Part shown: piece after piece, positions 1 to 9,646 of the stretch
Layout of the letters: each line of letters starts with the position of its first letter
Numbering within the stretch: the stretch's first letter is position 1
Notes under the pieces: generated by a model
Seen by the model: only the letters and a program-made list of their open reading frames with translations
Databases searched by the model: none
Told to the model about the DNA's origin: nothing
Source: Candidatus Omnitrophota bacterium
GTDB lineage: Bacteria; Omnitrophota; Gorgyraeia; Zapsychrales; JBAZNR01
NCBI GenBank assembly: GCA_041649175.1
Contig: JBAZNR010000002.1
Coordinates: 257,766 to 321,765 of the forward strand
DNA: 64,000 bases
Reading direction: 5' to 3'
Position numbers and translations under genes: made by a program

Positions 1-123
1 TACAACTGGTTGAGCCAAAGGAAAATTTCCGGAATAAAGATCGGCGGGGTTTGGCGTTTTGACAAGCGCGAAGTTGACAAGTGGTTAAAAGCCCAATCAC
101 GAAAGGTCCGGCATGGCGAATAA
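1..123 (+). CDS. 3' end of upstream gene; C-terminus resembles an excisionase-family HTH DNA-binding domain (HTH_17)
   Basis: Frame 1 reads ...IKIGGVWRFDKREVDKWLKAQ... to TAA at 121-123. The G-x-WRF-x-R-x-x-(V/I)D-x-W motif is typical of HTH_17. Partial, so function is uncertain. Confidence 0.3.
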   Translation, partial: YNWLSQRKISGIKIGGVWRFDKREVDKWLKAQSRKVRHGE

Positions 124-1675
124 GAAACAAGTCTGCATATTCTTCGGCCCCAATTCCTTATGTTTTGTGGAAACGCAAAAGAAGGCTATTACGAATTTCT
201 TTGATGTTCCCCATAACCTGCTGGATAATACCCAAAACACCGCTTTACCCAACGACATCAAGCTTACCGCCATTATTCAAAAGTCCTTAAGAGACCGTAA
301 AATTGACACCTCTGAGGTTTACATTTCGCTCGCAAACCAAGACATCATCTTAAGATCATTCTTTATCCCCTGGATGGCCGCTTCCGAAGTTAAAGGCGTT
401 ATTGATTTTGAGGCGCGCCGCTACATTCCATTCAAGCTTGAAGACATCGCTTACACTTACCATTCCGCGCCGATCATTGAAAAAAAGAGCAAGCGCCTGC
501 GCATTTTATTTGTCGGCATTAAAAAAGACGTTTTAGACCGATACTGCTCCGTCCTGGAGCAGGCCGGGCTTAAAACGCTTCTGATCGAACCGGCATCGCT
601 AAGCCTTTTGCGGTTATTATCGCTAAAAAAGCAAGTTAACCCTAATCAGAAAACAGCTATTGTCCAGATGAACAAAGCAGAGGGAACCATCATCATCGTT
701 GATCATGGCATTCCTCAGTTTGTCCGGGATTTCCGGCTGTCCTCCGGGTCGCACGAGCTTACACAGCTCGACCCAACGCTTTTAGGCGAGCGGATCACCA
801 GCGAGATCCGCATTTCCATTGAATACGACCGCCGTCAAAATGCCGGGAACGTTGAAAAAATATTGCTCGTTTCATCCTTTGAGTCAAAAGACTTCGTTCA
901 GCGTTTATCCGAGGAACTTTCGATTGCCAATATTTCAACGATCAACGCGCGGCAATTGCTTGGCGTTGAAGAAGAGGTCAGCTCCGGCGTTCTCAACGCG
1001 CTGGGCGGCAGCTTAAAAGACGCTATTCCTTTTAACTTGAACATCAATCTGATCAAGTCACGCGCGAAGCCCGTTGAGCCGGAAAAAATATTTGAAGCGC
1101 CAAAACTTAATTATAATCTTACGATCAAAATTGCCGCCGCATGCGCTTGTTTAGTCATGGCGCTTTTCGGTTTTCAGCACCTAAAGATAGCTGACTACCA
1201 AAAAAAACTATCCGATCAAATGACCAGGCAGGGAGTTTACGAATCACTTTCCATTGTGGATATTGAAACGAAGCAAAAAGACCTGGATAAAAAAATCAAA
1301 GGTTACGCGAACATACGTTTAAAGAGCAATGTTTCTTTTTTCTTACAGCGCATCCCTCATCTTCTTCCGGAGGGCGCTTGGCTGTCGCGGCTTACCATTG
1401 ATTTTACCAACGCGTCTGATCCGCGGACATTTTCTGGGCGAGCGCAAAAACCCGGCGATGAACCACTAATGAATTCCCGGACATCCCTGGACATGGACGG
1501 TTTTGTTTTTGCCCAAGATCCCAATCAGCAGATCAATCTCGTTAATAAACTGATCGCAAGTTTAAAAAATGATAAGCAATTTTCACAGCCCTTTGAGGCT
1601 ATTTCATTAGTGAACGCACAAAAACAGGACTTGAAAGAGCACACGGTAACTTCTTTTAAGATCATTTGCCGGTAA
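113..1675 (+). CDS. pilM: type IV pilus assembly protein PilM fused to a PilN-like C-terminal segment
   Basis: 520 aa. N-terminal ~340 aa are actin-like PilM (VYISLANQDIILRSFFIPWM..., IDFEARRYIPFKLEDIAYTY). A TM helix (IKIAAACACLVMALFGF) is followed by a ~150-aa periplasmic tail as in PilN. Confidence 0.7.
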   Translation: MANKKQVCIFFGPNSLCFVETQKKAITNFFDVPHNLLDNTQNTALPNDIKLTAIIQKSLRDRKIDTSEVYISLANQDIILRSFFIPWMAASEVKGVIDFEARRYIPFKLEDIAYTYHSAPIIEKKSKRLRILFVGIKKDVLDRYCSVLEQAGLKTLLIEPASLSLLRLLSLKKQVNPNQKTAIVQMNKAEGTIIIVDHGIPQFVRDFRLSSGSHELTQLDPTLLGERITSEIRISIEYDRRQNAGNVEKILLVSSFESKDFVQRLSEELSIANISTINARQLLGVEEEVSSGVLNALGGSLKDAIPFNLNINLIKSRAKPVEPEKIFEAPKLNYNLTIKIAAACACLVMALFGFQHLKIADYQKKLSDQMTRQGVYESLSIVDIETKQKDLDKKIKGYANIRLKSNVSFFLQRIPHLLPEGAWLSRLTIDFTNASDPRTFSGRAQKPGDEPLMNSRTSLDMDGFVFAQDPNQQINLVNKLIASLKNDKQFSQPFEAISLVNAQKQDLKEHTVTSFKIICR

Positions 1676-2283
1676 AACATATGGACATACAAAACATAGG
1701 CCGAGAACTTTCGCAAATTGACATTGCCAAGATTGACGTTGGAAAACTCAGTCAATCGCTAAAGCAACGCAAAGATATCCTTTTAAACATCGCGATCGTT
1801 GTGGCCACATTCCTTCTGGCGGGAAATATTTTTGAAAATCTTAAAGTGCAGGAAGCTAAGCTTCGCTCCGACATCAGCGGCTTTGCGACAAAAAATGACG
1901 CGATCAAGAATTACGAGAAATCACGAAAGAACCTAGACGATCTTTTAGCGTCGTTTCCTTCGGGATTTTCTGACGCGGGGCAGATGATGGACAAAATTAA
2001 TGAGTTTGCGATCCTTCATAGCATTCAGATCTCCTCATTTACGCCCAAAGACGGACAGCAAACAGATTTCTACGACACGGTCGGGATCCAGTTAAGCGCT
2101 TCAGCCGCATCCTATGAAAACATCGCGTTTTTTATTCGCGACATTGAGAATTCGCCCTACGGGCTGCGCATTGAACATTGGGCGACGGAACTTGATTCTC
2201 GCTACACAACGAACACCGGCGACAGCGAACCGGGATCAGTTAAGATCAGCATAACCATTGAATCCGTTAAATTAAGAAAATGA
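1666..2283 (+). CDS. pilO: PilO-like bitopic pilus assembly protein
   Basis: 205 aa with one N-terminal TM helix (LLNIAIVVATFLLAGNIF) and a coiled-coil stretch. Position between pilM/N and pilP/Q. Overlaps pilM stop (translational coupling). Confidence 0.55.
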   Translation: MPVKHMDIQNIGRELSQIDIAKIDVGKLSQSLKQRKDILLNIAIVVATFLLAGNIFENLKVQEAKLRSDISGFATKNDAIKNYEKSRKNLDDLLASFPSGFSDAGQMMDKINEFAILHSIQISSFTPKDGQQTDFYDTVGIQLSASAASYENIAFFIRDIENSPYGLRIEHWATELDSRYTTNTGDSEPGSVKISITIESVKLRK

Positions 2284-2714
2284 AAAAAATCTTACTTCCG
2301 ATTTGTTTAGTTTTTCTTCTGGCTTCATCCGCCTCAGGCGAGGATGAGCAAATTCTGCCTATCGCCGATGACGCGCAGGCATTTTTAAATCCTTTTGTTC
2401 CCGCTTTGCCAAAACCAGCTGTTGTAGAGCCTGTCGCTGTTGACAGCCCCATCGCCATCGTCGAACCGCAAGAGCAATTCATAGCTCAACCCATGATGGA
2501 ACTTCCTAATCTACTGATCAACGGGCTCATCTGGAATACTAATCGGCCTCAGGCGATCGTTAACAATAAGATCGTCGGGCTAGGTGATACGGTGGACGGT
2601 GTTGAGATCGTTGCCATTGACCGCTCAGGCATCGAGATAGTTTTTCAGCAGCGCCATTATGAAGTCGGCCCGGATTCTAGCCCAAAAGAAATAATTAAAG
2701 AACAGCTGTTCTAA
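2280..2714 (+). CDS. PilP-like secreted pilus assembly protein
   Basis: 144 aa with a signal peptide (MKKILLPICLVFLLASSASG). C-terminal beta-rich segment (AIVNNKIVGLGDTVDGVEIVAIDRSGIEIVF) resembles the PilP domain. Sits immediately upstream of the secretin. Confidence 0.45.
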   Translation: MKKILLPICLVFLLASSASGEDEQILPIADDAQAFLNPFVPALPKPAVVEPVAVDSPIAIVEPQEQFIAQPMMELPNLLINGLIWNTNRPQAIVNNKIVGLGDTVDGVEIVAIDRSGIEIVFQQRHYEVGPDSSPKEIIKEQLF

Positions 2715-2759
2715 AATTTTTGGAGTGATAAAATAGCAGTATATAAAAGAGAGGGGCTC

Positions 2760-4280
2760 ATGATCACAAGAAAAAACGTATCTATTTTTTCATTCCTTGG
2801 TTTCCTGGGATTATTTCTTTTCTTTTCTTCCGGCGCATCCGCGCAGTCTTTATCTTTAGAAGACAGGTTTTTCTTAAACCCTCAAACCTCAAAAACAATT
2901 TCCATGGATTTTAAAGACGCGGCACTTAACGATGTCTTAAAAATATTTTCCCAACAATCGGGCTTGAATTTTATCGCCGAACAAGAAGTCATCGAAAAAA
3001 AGATCACCTTATTTTTAGACAAAGTTCCCGTTGAGCAAGCCTTAGAAAAGATCCTCAGCGCCAACAATCTGACCTACGAGATCCAGGCTGACAGCAATAT
3101 TTTCATCGTTAAATCATTAGGGGCCCCGGTTAAAGAGCTAGTCACGCGGGTTTACTACCTAAAAAATGCGACGGTGCAATCATCGAAATTCAACGCAACC
3201 ATAAACATCGAAGACGAAGAAGATAGCGAAGGCACCAGCAATCAAAACACAATGTTCGGCTCGACAGGCCAGGCCGAAAATGGCGTTGCGTCAGCCCTTA
3301 AAACGATCTTAAGCGAATCCGGAAAGATCGTTGAAGACCCTCGCACCAATAGCATTATTGTAACGGATATTCCCAGCCAATTTCCTTTGATTGAGCAAAC
3401 GATCGCGCGCTTAGATGTTCCGGTGTCGCAAATCCTCATTGAAACAGAAATGCTCGATGTTTCCAAGGATAACGCGGATAAACTCGGTATTAAATTTGGC
3501 GATACACCTTTGACATTCACCGGCGGAGAACGTGACCACGTTTATCCGTGGAACCAAAATAACCTTTTGCGAAAAGGCTTTGCCTTTGAAGAAGCGGAAT
3601 ATCGGGTGGGGACAATAAGCGCGGCCGGGCTATCGGCAACGTTGCAATTTTTGCGTACGCAGACCGACACGAAAAATCTTGCCCGTCCAAGAATTTTAAC
3701 GCTCAATAATCAAACGGCGCAAATTAAAATTTCGACAAATGAAGCCATCGGAGTTCAGACAGTCACAGACTCCGCGCAATCCAACGCAACGACAACCGTA
3801 GAAGCCGAACGTGTGCAAACCGGCGTTTTTTTAACCGTAACGCCGCAGGCCAATTTAACAACCCGCGAAATCACGATGGCGATCGCGCCGCGCGTTATTC
3901 AGGCGCGCTCCGGCGCGACATTCGAGGGAAAAACTTTTAAAGATCCGGAAGAGCGGGGAACAAAATCGATCTTGCGCGTTCAAGACGGCGACACAATTAT
4001 CTTAGGCGGGCTTTTGCGAACAGACTTAACAAATACGACCACAAAAGTTCCGGTCTTGGGAGATATTCCTATTGTCGGCGCGGCTTTTCGCCATAAAGAC
4101 AAAAGCGACATCGAACGAGAACTGATCATTTTTATTACGCCGCACATCGTCAGCGACGCAACAACCGCAAAACTCGCATTAACCACAAATCCTCAGGACA
4201 TCGTGCGCGAACAAGATGTTCCCGAATCGCGTCGCCAGCAAATAACCGATACGCTAAAGCGGATAGAAAATCAAAGGTAA
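2760..4280 (+). CDS. pilQ: type IV pilus / T2SS secretin (PilQ/GspD family)
   Basis: 506 aa with a signal peptide. Secretin hallmarks: IIVTDIPSQFPLIEQTIARLDVPVSQILIETEMLDVS and ...ILGGLLRTDLTNTTTKVPVLGDIPIVGAAFRHKDKSDIERELIIFITPHIV. Confidence 0.8.
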   Translation: MITRKNVSIFSFLGFLGLFLFFSSGASAQSLSLEDRFFLNPQTSKTISMDFKDAALNDVLKIFSQQSGLNFIAEQEVIEKKITLFLDKVPVEQALEKILSANNLTYEIQADSNIFIVKSLGAPVKELVTRVYYLKNATVQSSKFNATINIEDEEDSEGTSNQNTMFGSTGQAENGVASALKTILSESGKIVEDPRTNSIIVTDIPSQFPLIEQTIARLDVPVSQILIETEMLDVSKDNADKLGIKFGDTPLTFTGGERDHVYPWNQNNLLRKGFAFEEAEYRVGTISAAGLSATLQFLRTQTDTKNLARPRILTLNNQTAQIKISTNEAIGVQTVTDSAQSNATTTVEAERVQTGVFLTVTPQANLTTREITMAIAPRVIQARSGATFEGKTFKDPEERGTKSILRVQDGDTIILGGLLRTDLTNTTTKVPVLGDIPIVGAAFRHKDKSDIERELIIFITPHIVSDATTAKLALTTNPQDIVREQDVPESRRQQITDTLKRIENQR

Positions 4281-4286
4281 ATCCAC

Positions 4287-6026
4287 ATGACCTATCGCAA
4301 GCTCGGCGAAATACTCGTCCAGCAAGGCTTAATTAGCGCTAATCAACTTGGCCAAGCGATCGCTGTTCAGAAAAAAGACGGCGGCCGCATTGGTGAAATT
4401 TTAGTTAAGCTTGGCATCATCAAAGAAGAAGAGATGGTTGCCGCCTTAGGTAAACAACTTCTTTTGCCCTACGCGTCGCGCAGTTCAGGGTTACTTCATC
4501 CGCAAAAAGAGCAGGGCTTGCAAGACCTCATTCCGAAGGAATTCGCTCAAAAAAATCTGGTCTTACCTTTATCACGCAACTTAAATTCCTTAACCTGCGC
4601 CGTCTTCGATCCTTTGGATCTGCTCATGATCGATAATTTACGCAAAATGACATCTTGCGAGATCAACCTTGTCATCGCCGGAAGAACCGACATCATCAAA
4701 GCCATTGATGATTTTTATAGCAGCTTGCCTGCGTCAACTTCACAAACATCGATGTTGGGGGAAGCGGTTCAAGATACCTATACGCCTAGCGCCCGGCAAA
4801 CCAGCGAAGCGAATCAGATCCTTCCGTCGGATGATGAAGAAACAGAATTAAGCCTTGATAAATTGATCGCCCGCGCCGAAGAAGCCCCTGTCGTTAAGCT
4901 TGTTGACCTTATTATCCGTCAAGCTATTGATGAGCGCGCCAGTGATATTCATATTGAACCGTATAAAGACAAGATCAATTTGCGCTATCGCATTGACGGC
5001 ATCCTTTATGAAATTCCGCCGCCGGCGAGGCATTTACATCTTCCCATTATTTCCCGTATTAAAATTTTAGCGAAACTTGATATCGCCGAAAAAAGGCTTC
5101 CGCAAGACGGAGCGATCGTCGTTAAGCTTGAAGATCGTGTGGTTGACTTAAGAATTTCTACCATCCCCACCATCTGGGGCGAAAAAATCGTCATGCGAAT
5201 TTTAGATAAAAACGCTGTTCCGCTCGATCTCTCTTATTTAGGGTTTGAACAAAAACAACTGGACCTGATCCGTAAAGCCATTCATTCACCTTATGGCTTA
5301 GTTTTTGTCACCGGGCCGACGGGAAGCGGGAAGTCAACATCGCTTTACGCCGCGCTTCGCGAATGTGCGGACCCTAAGAAAAATATCATTACCGTTGAAG
5401 ACCCCGTGGAATTTCGCCTCGACGGGATCAATCAAGTCAATGTCAAGCCGGATATCGGATTAACATTTGCTTCAGCCCTTAGAGCATTTCTACGCCAAGA
5501 CCCGGATGTTATGATGGTGGGAGAAGTCCGCGATCTTGAAACCGCACAAATTTGCGTCCGAGCCGCTTTAACCGGACATTTTGTTTTAAGCACGCTTCAT
5601 ACCAACGATTCCGCATCCGCCGTCACAAGGCTTTTAGATATTGGTATTGAGCCATATTTGCTTATGCCTTCGCTTATTTTAGTCATCGCCCAAAGATTAG
5701 GCCGAAAACTTTGCCCCAAATGTAAAGAAGCTTATGAACCGACGCCGGAACAACTCGGCGGCATAAAGATCAAGGCCGATCTAATTTACCGCGCCAAGGG
5801 TTGCGAAGAATGCAATCAAACAGGATACAAAGGACGCATCGCTCTTGGCGAGATCATGCCGATCGACGAAGAAATTCGAAAGCTCATTGCCGGCCACGCG
5901 TCCTATATGCAGATCAAAGATGTCGCCCGGAAAAACGGAATGGACACATTGTTTGAATCTGGAATAAAAAAAGTTGAAGCAGGATTAACCAGCTTGGAAG
6001 AAATTCTTAGTGTCGCCCTAAGCTAA
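4287..6026 (+). CDS. pilB: type IV pilus assembly ATPase PilB/GspE
   Basis: 579 aa. N-terminal GspE_N-type domains. Walker A VTGPTGSGKSTSLYAAL. C-terminal tetra-Cys motif CPKC...CEEC. Confidence 0.85.
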   Translation: MTYRKLGEILVQQGLISANQLGQAIAVQKKDGGRIGEILVKLGIIKEEEMVAALGKQLLLPYASRSSGLLHPQKEQGLQDLIPKEFAQKNLVLPLSRNLNSLTCAVFDPLDLLMIDNLRKMTSCEINLVIAGRTDIIKAIDDFYSSLPASTSQTSMLGEAVQDTYTPSARQTSEANQILPSDDEETELSLDKLIARAEEAPVVKLVDLIIRQAIDERASDIHIEPYKDKINLRYRIDGILYEIPPPARHLHLPIISRIKILAKLDIAEKRLPQDGAIVVKLEDRVVDLRISTIPTIWGEKIVMRILDKNAVPLDLSYLGFEQKQLDLIRKAIHSPYGLVFVTGPTGSGKSTSLYAALRECADPKKNIITVEDPVEFRLDGINQVNVKPDIGLTFASALRAFLRQDPDVMMVGEVRDLETAQICVRAALTGHFVLSTLHTNDSASAVTRLLDIGIEPYLLMPSLILVIAQRLGRKLCPKCKEAYEPTPEQLGGIKIKADLIYRAKGCEECNQTGYKGRIALGEIMPIDEEIRKLIAGHASYMQIKDVARKNGMDTLFESGIKKVEAGLTSLEEILSVALS

Positions 6027-6037
6027 AGGAGAGTTTC

Positions 6038-7273
6038 GTGCCGCGTTTTTCTTATACCGCTAAAGATATTAACGGAAAGACCGTAAGCGCAACAGATGAC
6101 GCGCCGGATCAAGGCGCACTAGTCTCGCGACTTCAAGCGCAAGGTTATTTTATTGTCAGTGTTGCGCCCTTTAAACCAACCGCAGGAAAAAGATCTGACG
6201 GCAGGCCGGTCGTCAAGGGAACATTCACCCATAATAAAGTCAATTTAGATGATCTCTTGATGTTCTGTCATCAGCTTTCTACTATGCTTAATTCCGGGGT
6301 TACGCTCACACGAAGCCTTGATGTCATTTCTATGCAGGTGGAAAGCAAACAACTCTCCGAAACATTAATTGAAGTTAAAAAAGATGTTGAGCACGGTGGA
6401 TCTTTAAGCGCTAGCCTTGCCAAGCATCCAAAAGTTTTTAACCAATTTTGGGTCAGCCTTATCGAAGTCGGCGAGGCCTCCGGAACCATGCCAACCGTCT
6501 TAGAAAAGCTCGCGACCTATATGGAACAAGAGTCTGCTTTCCAGGCTTCCATTATTTCAGCCATCATTTATCCTGCCATTCTTATGCTCGTTGCTACAGG
6601 TGCCATTGTCTTTTTTGCCTTGGTCATCGGGCCAAAATTTAAGACGATCTTTGACCAATTTCACGTTCAATTGCCCCCTTTGACCAGCGCGCTTTTAGTT
6701 GTTTTTGACTTTATAAAAGAGAAATTCCTCGTGTTGATAGGCGCCATTTGTGCTATATTTATACTAATAAAGAAGTACATCGCAACGCCGAAAGGGCAAT
6801 TACAATTTGAAGGATTTTTATTCAAGATCCCCAAATTCGGCTACGTTATGAAAACAATTGTGGTGGAACGATTTACCTCACAATTGTCCATTTTAGTAGA
6901 TAGCGGTGTCCCGATCCTGTACGCTTTAGACATCGCTCAGCGCATGGTGGGAAACAGAACTTGCGCTAATGTTATTGGTGAAATAAAAAATAATGTCAGG
7001 GAAGGAAAGCTTGTCGCGGAACCGATGATGAAAAGCGGATTCTTTCCTCCCATGGCCGTTCAAATGATCTTGATCGGCGAAGAGACCGGAGAACTCGGCA
7101 AAATGCTTAGAAGCGTTGCCGAGTTTTATCAAAATTACGTCCAAACGTTTATGAAGCGTTTTGGAACGATCTTTGAGCCCGTGATGCTGGTTTTTATGGG
7201 CGCTGTCATCGGAACTATTGTTATCGCGATGTTTATGCCAATATTTAACCTCGCCCAGATAGGCGGCGGATAA
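6038..7273 (+). CDS. pilC: type IV pilus platform protein PilC/GspF
   Basis: 411 aa polytopic membrane protein with the duplicated GspF domains (…LSTMLNSGVTLTRSLDV… and …FTSQLSILVDSGVPILYALDI…). Confidence 0.85.
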   Translation: MPRFSYTAKDINGKTVSATDDAPDQGALVSRLQAQGYFIVSVAPFKPTAGKRSDGRPVVKGTFTHNKVNLDDLLMFCHQLSTMLNSGVTLTRSLDVISMQVESKQLSETLIEVKKDVEHGGSLSASLAKHPKVFNQFWVSLIEVGEASGTMPTVLEKLATYMEQESAFQASIISAIIYPAILMLVATGAIVFFALVIGPKFKTIFDQFHVQLPPLTSALLVVFDFIKEKFLVLIGAICAIFILIKKYIATPKGQLQFEGFLFKIPKFGYVMKTIVVERFTSQLSILVDSGVPILYALDIAQRMVGNRTCANVIGEIKNNVREGKLVAEPMMKSGFFPPMAVQMILIGEETGELGKMLRSVAEFYQNYVQTFMKRFGTIFEPVMLVFMGAVIGTIVIAMFMPIFNLAQIGGG

Positions 7274-7378
7274 TTTTTCTCAGAATACAGGAGGTGGTAA
7301 ATACCAAATTACGAAAAGCTGTTTTTCGATAAAAATATACAGTCATCATACTTTTCAAACAAACAAAAGGAGGGGGAA

Positions 7379-7783
7379 ATGAACAGGAGACTACGTAACA
7401 AAAGCGGTTTTACACTGCTTGAAATCATCATCGTCATCATCATCATCGCCATTCTCGCCAGTTTAGCCATGCCTAGGTTCTTGCGCACATCACAATATTC
7501 TTACTCAGCGGAGGCTTTGGCAAATTTATCAGCCCTACGTCAAGCCATGAATCGTTGCTATCTGTTCTCAAGCAGCTACGCGCCTTGTGATACGTTTGAC
7601 GATCTCGACACCGGTGATCCGGGCTTAGAACCTAACGCACATTTTACTTACGGAATCGGCGGCTTAGCTGCTGGAACGTTTAACATCACGGCAACAGGCA
7701 GCGTTGCCGTTCCTACGGACATCATCTGGATTGATCAAACCGGCGCAAAGGGCGGTAACGGTATTTTCTCGGGAATTAGATAG
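7379..7783 (+). CDS. prepilin; probable major pilin/pseudopilin
   Basis: 134 aa. Class III signal MNRRLRNKSG|FTLLEIIIVIIIIAILASLA with Glu at +5. Two Cys (C-x8-C) in the body. First pilin gene after pilC, strong RBS, followed by a 16-bp perfect stem-loop. Confidence 0.75.
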   Translation: MNRRLRNKSGFTLLEIIIVIIIIAILASLAMPRFLRTSQYSYSAEALANLSALRQAMNRCYLFSSSYAPCDTFDDLDTGDPGLEPNAHFTYGIGGLAAGTFNITATGSVAVPTDIIWIDQTGAKGGNGIFSGIR

Positions 7784-7790
7784 TCTTATA

Positions 7791-7826
7791 TTTTCATGAC
7801 GGTGCTGAAAAGCACCGTCATGAAAA
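7791..7826 (+). terminator. perfect 16-bp inverted repeat with GAAA tetraloop downstream of the first pilin gene (attenuator or terminator hairpin)
   Basis: ttttcatgacggtgct-gaaa-agcaccgtcatgaaaa. There is no clean U-tract after the hairpin, so this is probably a partial terminator or RNA stabiliser, as often seen after major pilin genes. Confidence 0.45.
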
Positions 7827-7839
7827 CAAGGCGGTTAAC

Positions 7840-8277
7840 GTGCAGAAAGCAGTGTCAAAAAACAATCAAAGCGCTTTTACTTTGATGGAATTGGTGGTGG
7901 TCACCATTGTTATCGCCATTCTTGCCGGCATTGCTTTACCGCACTTTACCGCCGCCCTGGAACGCAACAGGGCGGTGGAAGGTGTGAATATTTTAGGGGC
8001 GATTCGCAGCGCGCAAGAGCGCTTTGCCTTAGCTAATGGCGGCGCGTACACGACCAACATCCTTGACATTGACGTTGATATTCCTGTTCCTTTAAATTAT
8101 TTTGAAACACCGGAAATTTGCGCGGGGGGGGGAGCTGTTCCTTTGGCTCGGATTCGCGACATTCCTCGACGATATCGGCTTCTCATTTACGATAATGGCG
8201 ATATTGAATGTCACGGAAATGTTCTCTGTCAACGCATGGGATTTACCCAGATCGCGGCATTGCCAAATTGCCCATAA
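7840..8277 (+). CDS. prepilin-type pseudopilin, paralog 1 of 4
   Basis: 145 aa. N-terminal QSAFTLMELVVVTIVIAILAGIALPHF. Shares the ERxxAxEGxxxLxxIRxAQxRF core with the next three genes. Confidence 0.7.
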   Translation: MQKAVSKNNQSAFTLMELVVVTIVIAILAGIALPHFTAALERNRAVEGVNILGAIRSAQERFALANGGAYTTNILDIDVDIPVPLNYFETPEICAGGGAVPLARIRDIPRRYRLLIYDNGDIECHGNVLCQRMGFTQIAALPNCP

Positions 8278-8284
8278 GGAAAAC

Positions 8285-8722
8285 ATGCTGAGTCGTCATA
8301 CAAAAAAGGCTTTTACGTTAACTGAGCTTGTCGTGGTTGTTATTGCGATCGGCATTTTGGCCGGGCTTGCGATCCCAAAGTACACGACGATTGTTGAGCG
8401 GCAAATTGCTTCCGAAGGCGTTCAAATATTATCTACTATTCGCGCCGCACAGCATCGTTTCGCCTTGCGTAACGGCGGTAATTTTGACTTGGATGCCTCA
8501 GGAAATTTGACCAATCTTGACATCACGATCCCTGCATCTCAAAATTTTGACAGTTATCTGGCTTGTCGCACTACGTACATAGCTCAGGTTCGCAACATTC
8601 GTTTAAACTATTGGCTTTATATGGCTACCGATGGAACAATTGATTGCTGTGACGGAGCAGGCTTTGATTGCGCACGATTAGGAATAGCCACTGATGTCGG
8701 CGCGTGCATGGCGTGCAATTAG
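8285..8722 (+). CDS. prepilin-type pseudopilin, paralog 2 of 4 (Cys-rich C-terminus)
   Basis: Start taken at the ATG giving MLSRHTKKAFTLTELVVVVIAIGILAGLAIPKY with a GGAAAAC RBS. The longer ORF starting at 8102 is upstream read-through in frame. C-terminus has CCDGAGFDCARLGIATDVGACMACN (6 Cys). Confidence 0.65.
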   Translation: MLSRHTKKAFTLTELVVVVIAIGILAGLAIPKYTTIVERQIASEGVQILSTIRAAQHRFALRNGGNFDLDASGNLTNLDITIPASQNFDSYLACRTTYIAQVRNIRLNYWLYMATDGTIDCCDGAGFDCARLGIATDVGACMACN

Positions 8723-8734
8723 AAAGAGGCTTTT

Positions 8735-9178
8735 ATGTTTTCATCAAATCAAAAAAGGGCATTTACGTTAATGGAGCTTTTGACGGTTGTTATCATTGTC
8801 GGAATTCTCGCCGCCTTTGCCGTTCCTAATTACATCAACACAATTGAAACTCAAATTTCCGCGGAAGGAATTAGCACATTAACCGCTATTCGCGCCTCTC
8901 AAGAGCGCCACAGAATTGAGACGGGCGCCTATGCGAATTCTGCGGCTGATTTGGATATCGGTGTTGGCCCGTCCACAAATTTTTCTGCTCCTTCGGCAAG
9001 CGCCAACGTCAATGAAGTTGGCGCAATTTCCCGTATGCAAGGCGCAACAAGGCTTTACACTATACACATCAGCAATGCGGGAACAGTTGTTTGTTGCGAC
9101 CGTCTTGCGGATAATATCACCTGTGCAAAACTTGGTATTCCGGCCGGAGCATCATGTCCGGCTTTTATGATTCCGTAG
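8735..9178 (+). CDS. prepilin-type pseudopilin, paralog 3 of 4 (Cys-rich C-terminus)
   Basis: 147 aa. N-terminal KRAFTLMELLTVVIIVGILAAFAVPNY. C-terminal VVCCDRLADNITCAKLGIPAGASCP. Confidence 0.7.
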   Translation: MFSSNQKRAFTLMELLTVVIIVGILAAFAVPNYINTIETQISAEGISTLTAIRASQERHRIETGAYANSAADLDIGVGPSTNFSAPSASANVNEVGAISRMQGATRLYTIHISNAGTVVCCDRLADNITCAKLGIPAGASCPAFMIP

Positions 9179-9181
9179 AGG

Positions 9182-9643
9182 ATGAAAACTATGCTTTTAC
9201 TCAAGTCGCGAAAATCGTTTACCTTAATGGAGCTTTTGACCGTCGCTATCATTATCGGCGTCACGGCGGCAGTCGCTATTCCAAATTACAATGTTGCGGT
9301 GCAACGCTCTCAAGAGCGAAGCGCGGCCATGAACCTTCTGGCAGCCAAATCAGCTCAAGAAATATACCGCAGTGAACACGGAGAATTTTGGCCAACCCTT
9401 GCTTACGTCTGTAGCTCCGGCTGCAACGCACAAGAAATCAATCAAAATCTTCGCCTTTCTTTGCCAACGATCGGAAGCACAGCTTATACTTGCTTCGATA
9501 TGAATGGTGGCCCGTATTGGTGCGAAGCAACATCCGCCGCTCCGGCTTGGACGCTGCAAAGCCGCGGCAATATTAATGCAGGTTGGCCGCGCTGTTCGGC
9601 CGGAACGTGCGAATTATGCCAACCGAATTGCCCAACGCCATAA
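9182..9643 (+). CDS. prepilin-type pseudopilin, paralog 4 of 4 (Cys-rich)
   Basis: 153 aa. N-terminal KSFTLMELLTVAIIIGVTAAVAIPNY. Ten Cys, including the C-terminal CSAGTCELCQPNCPTP. Confidence 0.7.
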   Translation: MKTMLLLKSRKSFTLMELLTVAIIIGVTAAVAIPNYNVAVQRSQERSAAMNLLAAKSAQEIYRSEHGEFWPTLAYVCSSGCNAQEINQNLRLSLPTIGSTAYTCFDMNGGPYWCEATSAAPAWTLQSRGNINAGWPRCSAGTCELCQPNCPTP

Positions 9644-9646
9644 TCC

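Noticed and set aside
8102-8284. Upstream extension of the third pilin ORF (track start 8102)
   Set aside because: The extension overlaps the preceding pilin gene in another frame. The internal ATG at 8285 gives a canonical prepilin leader plus an RBS.
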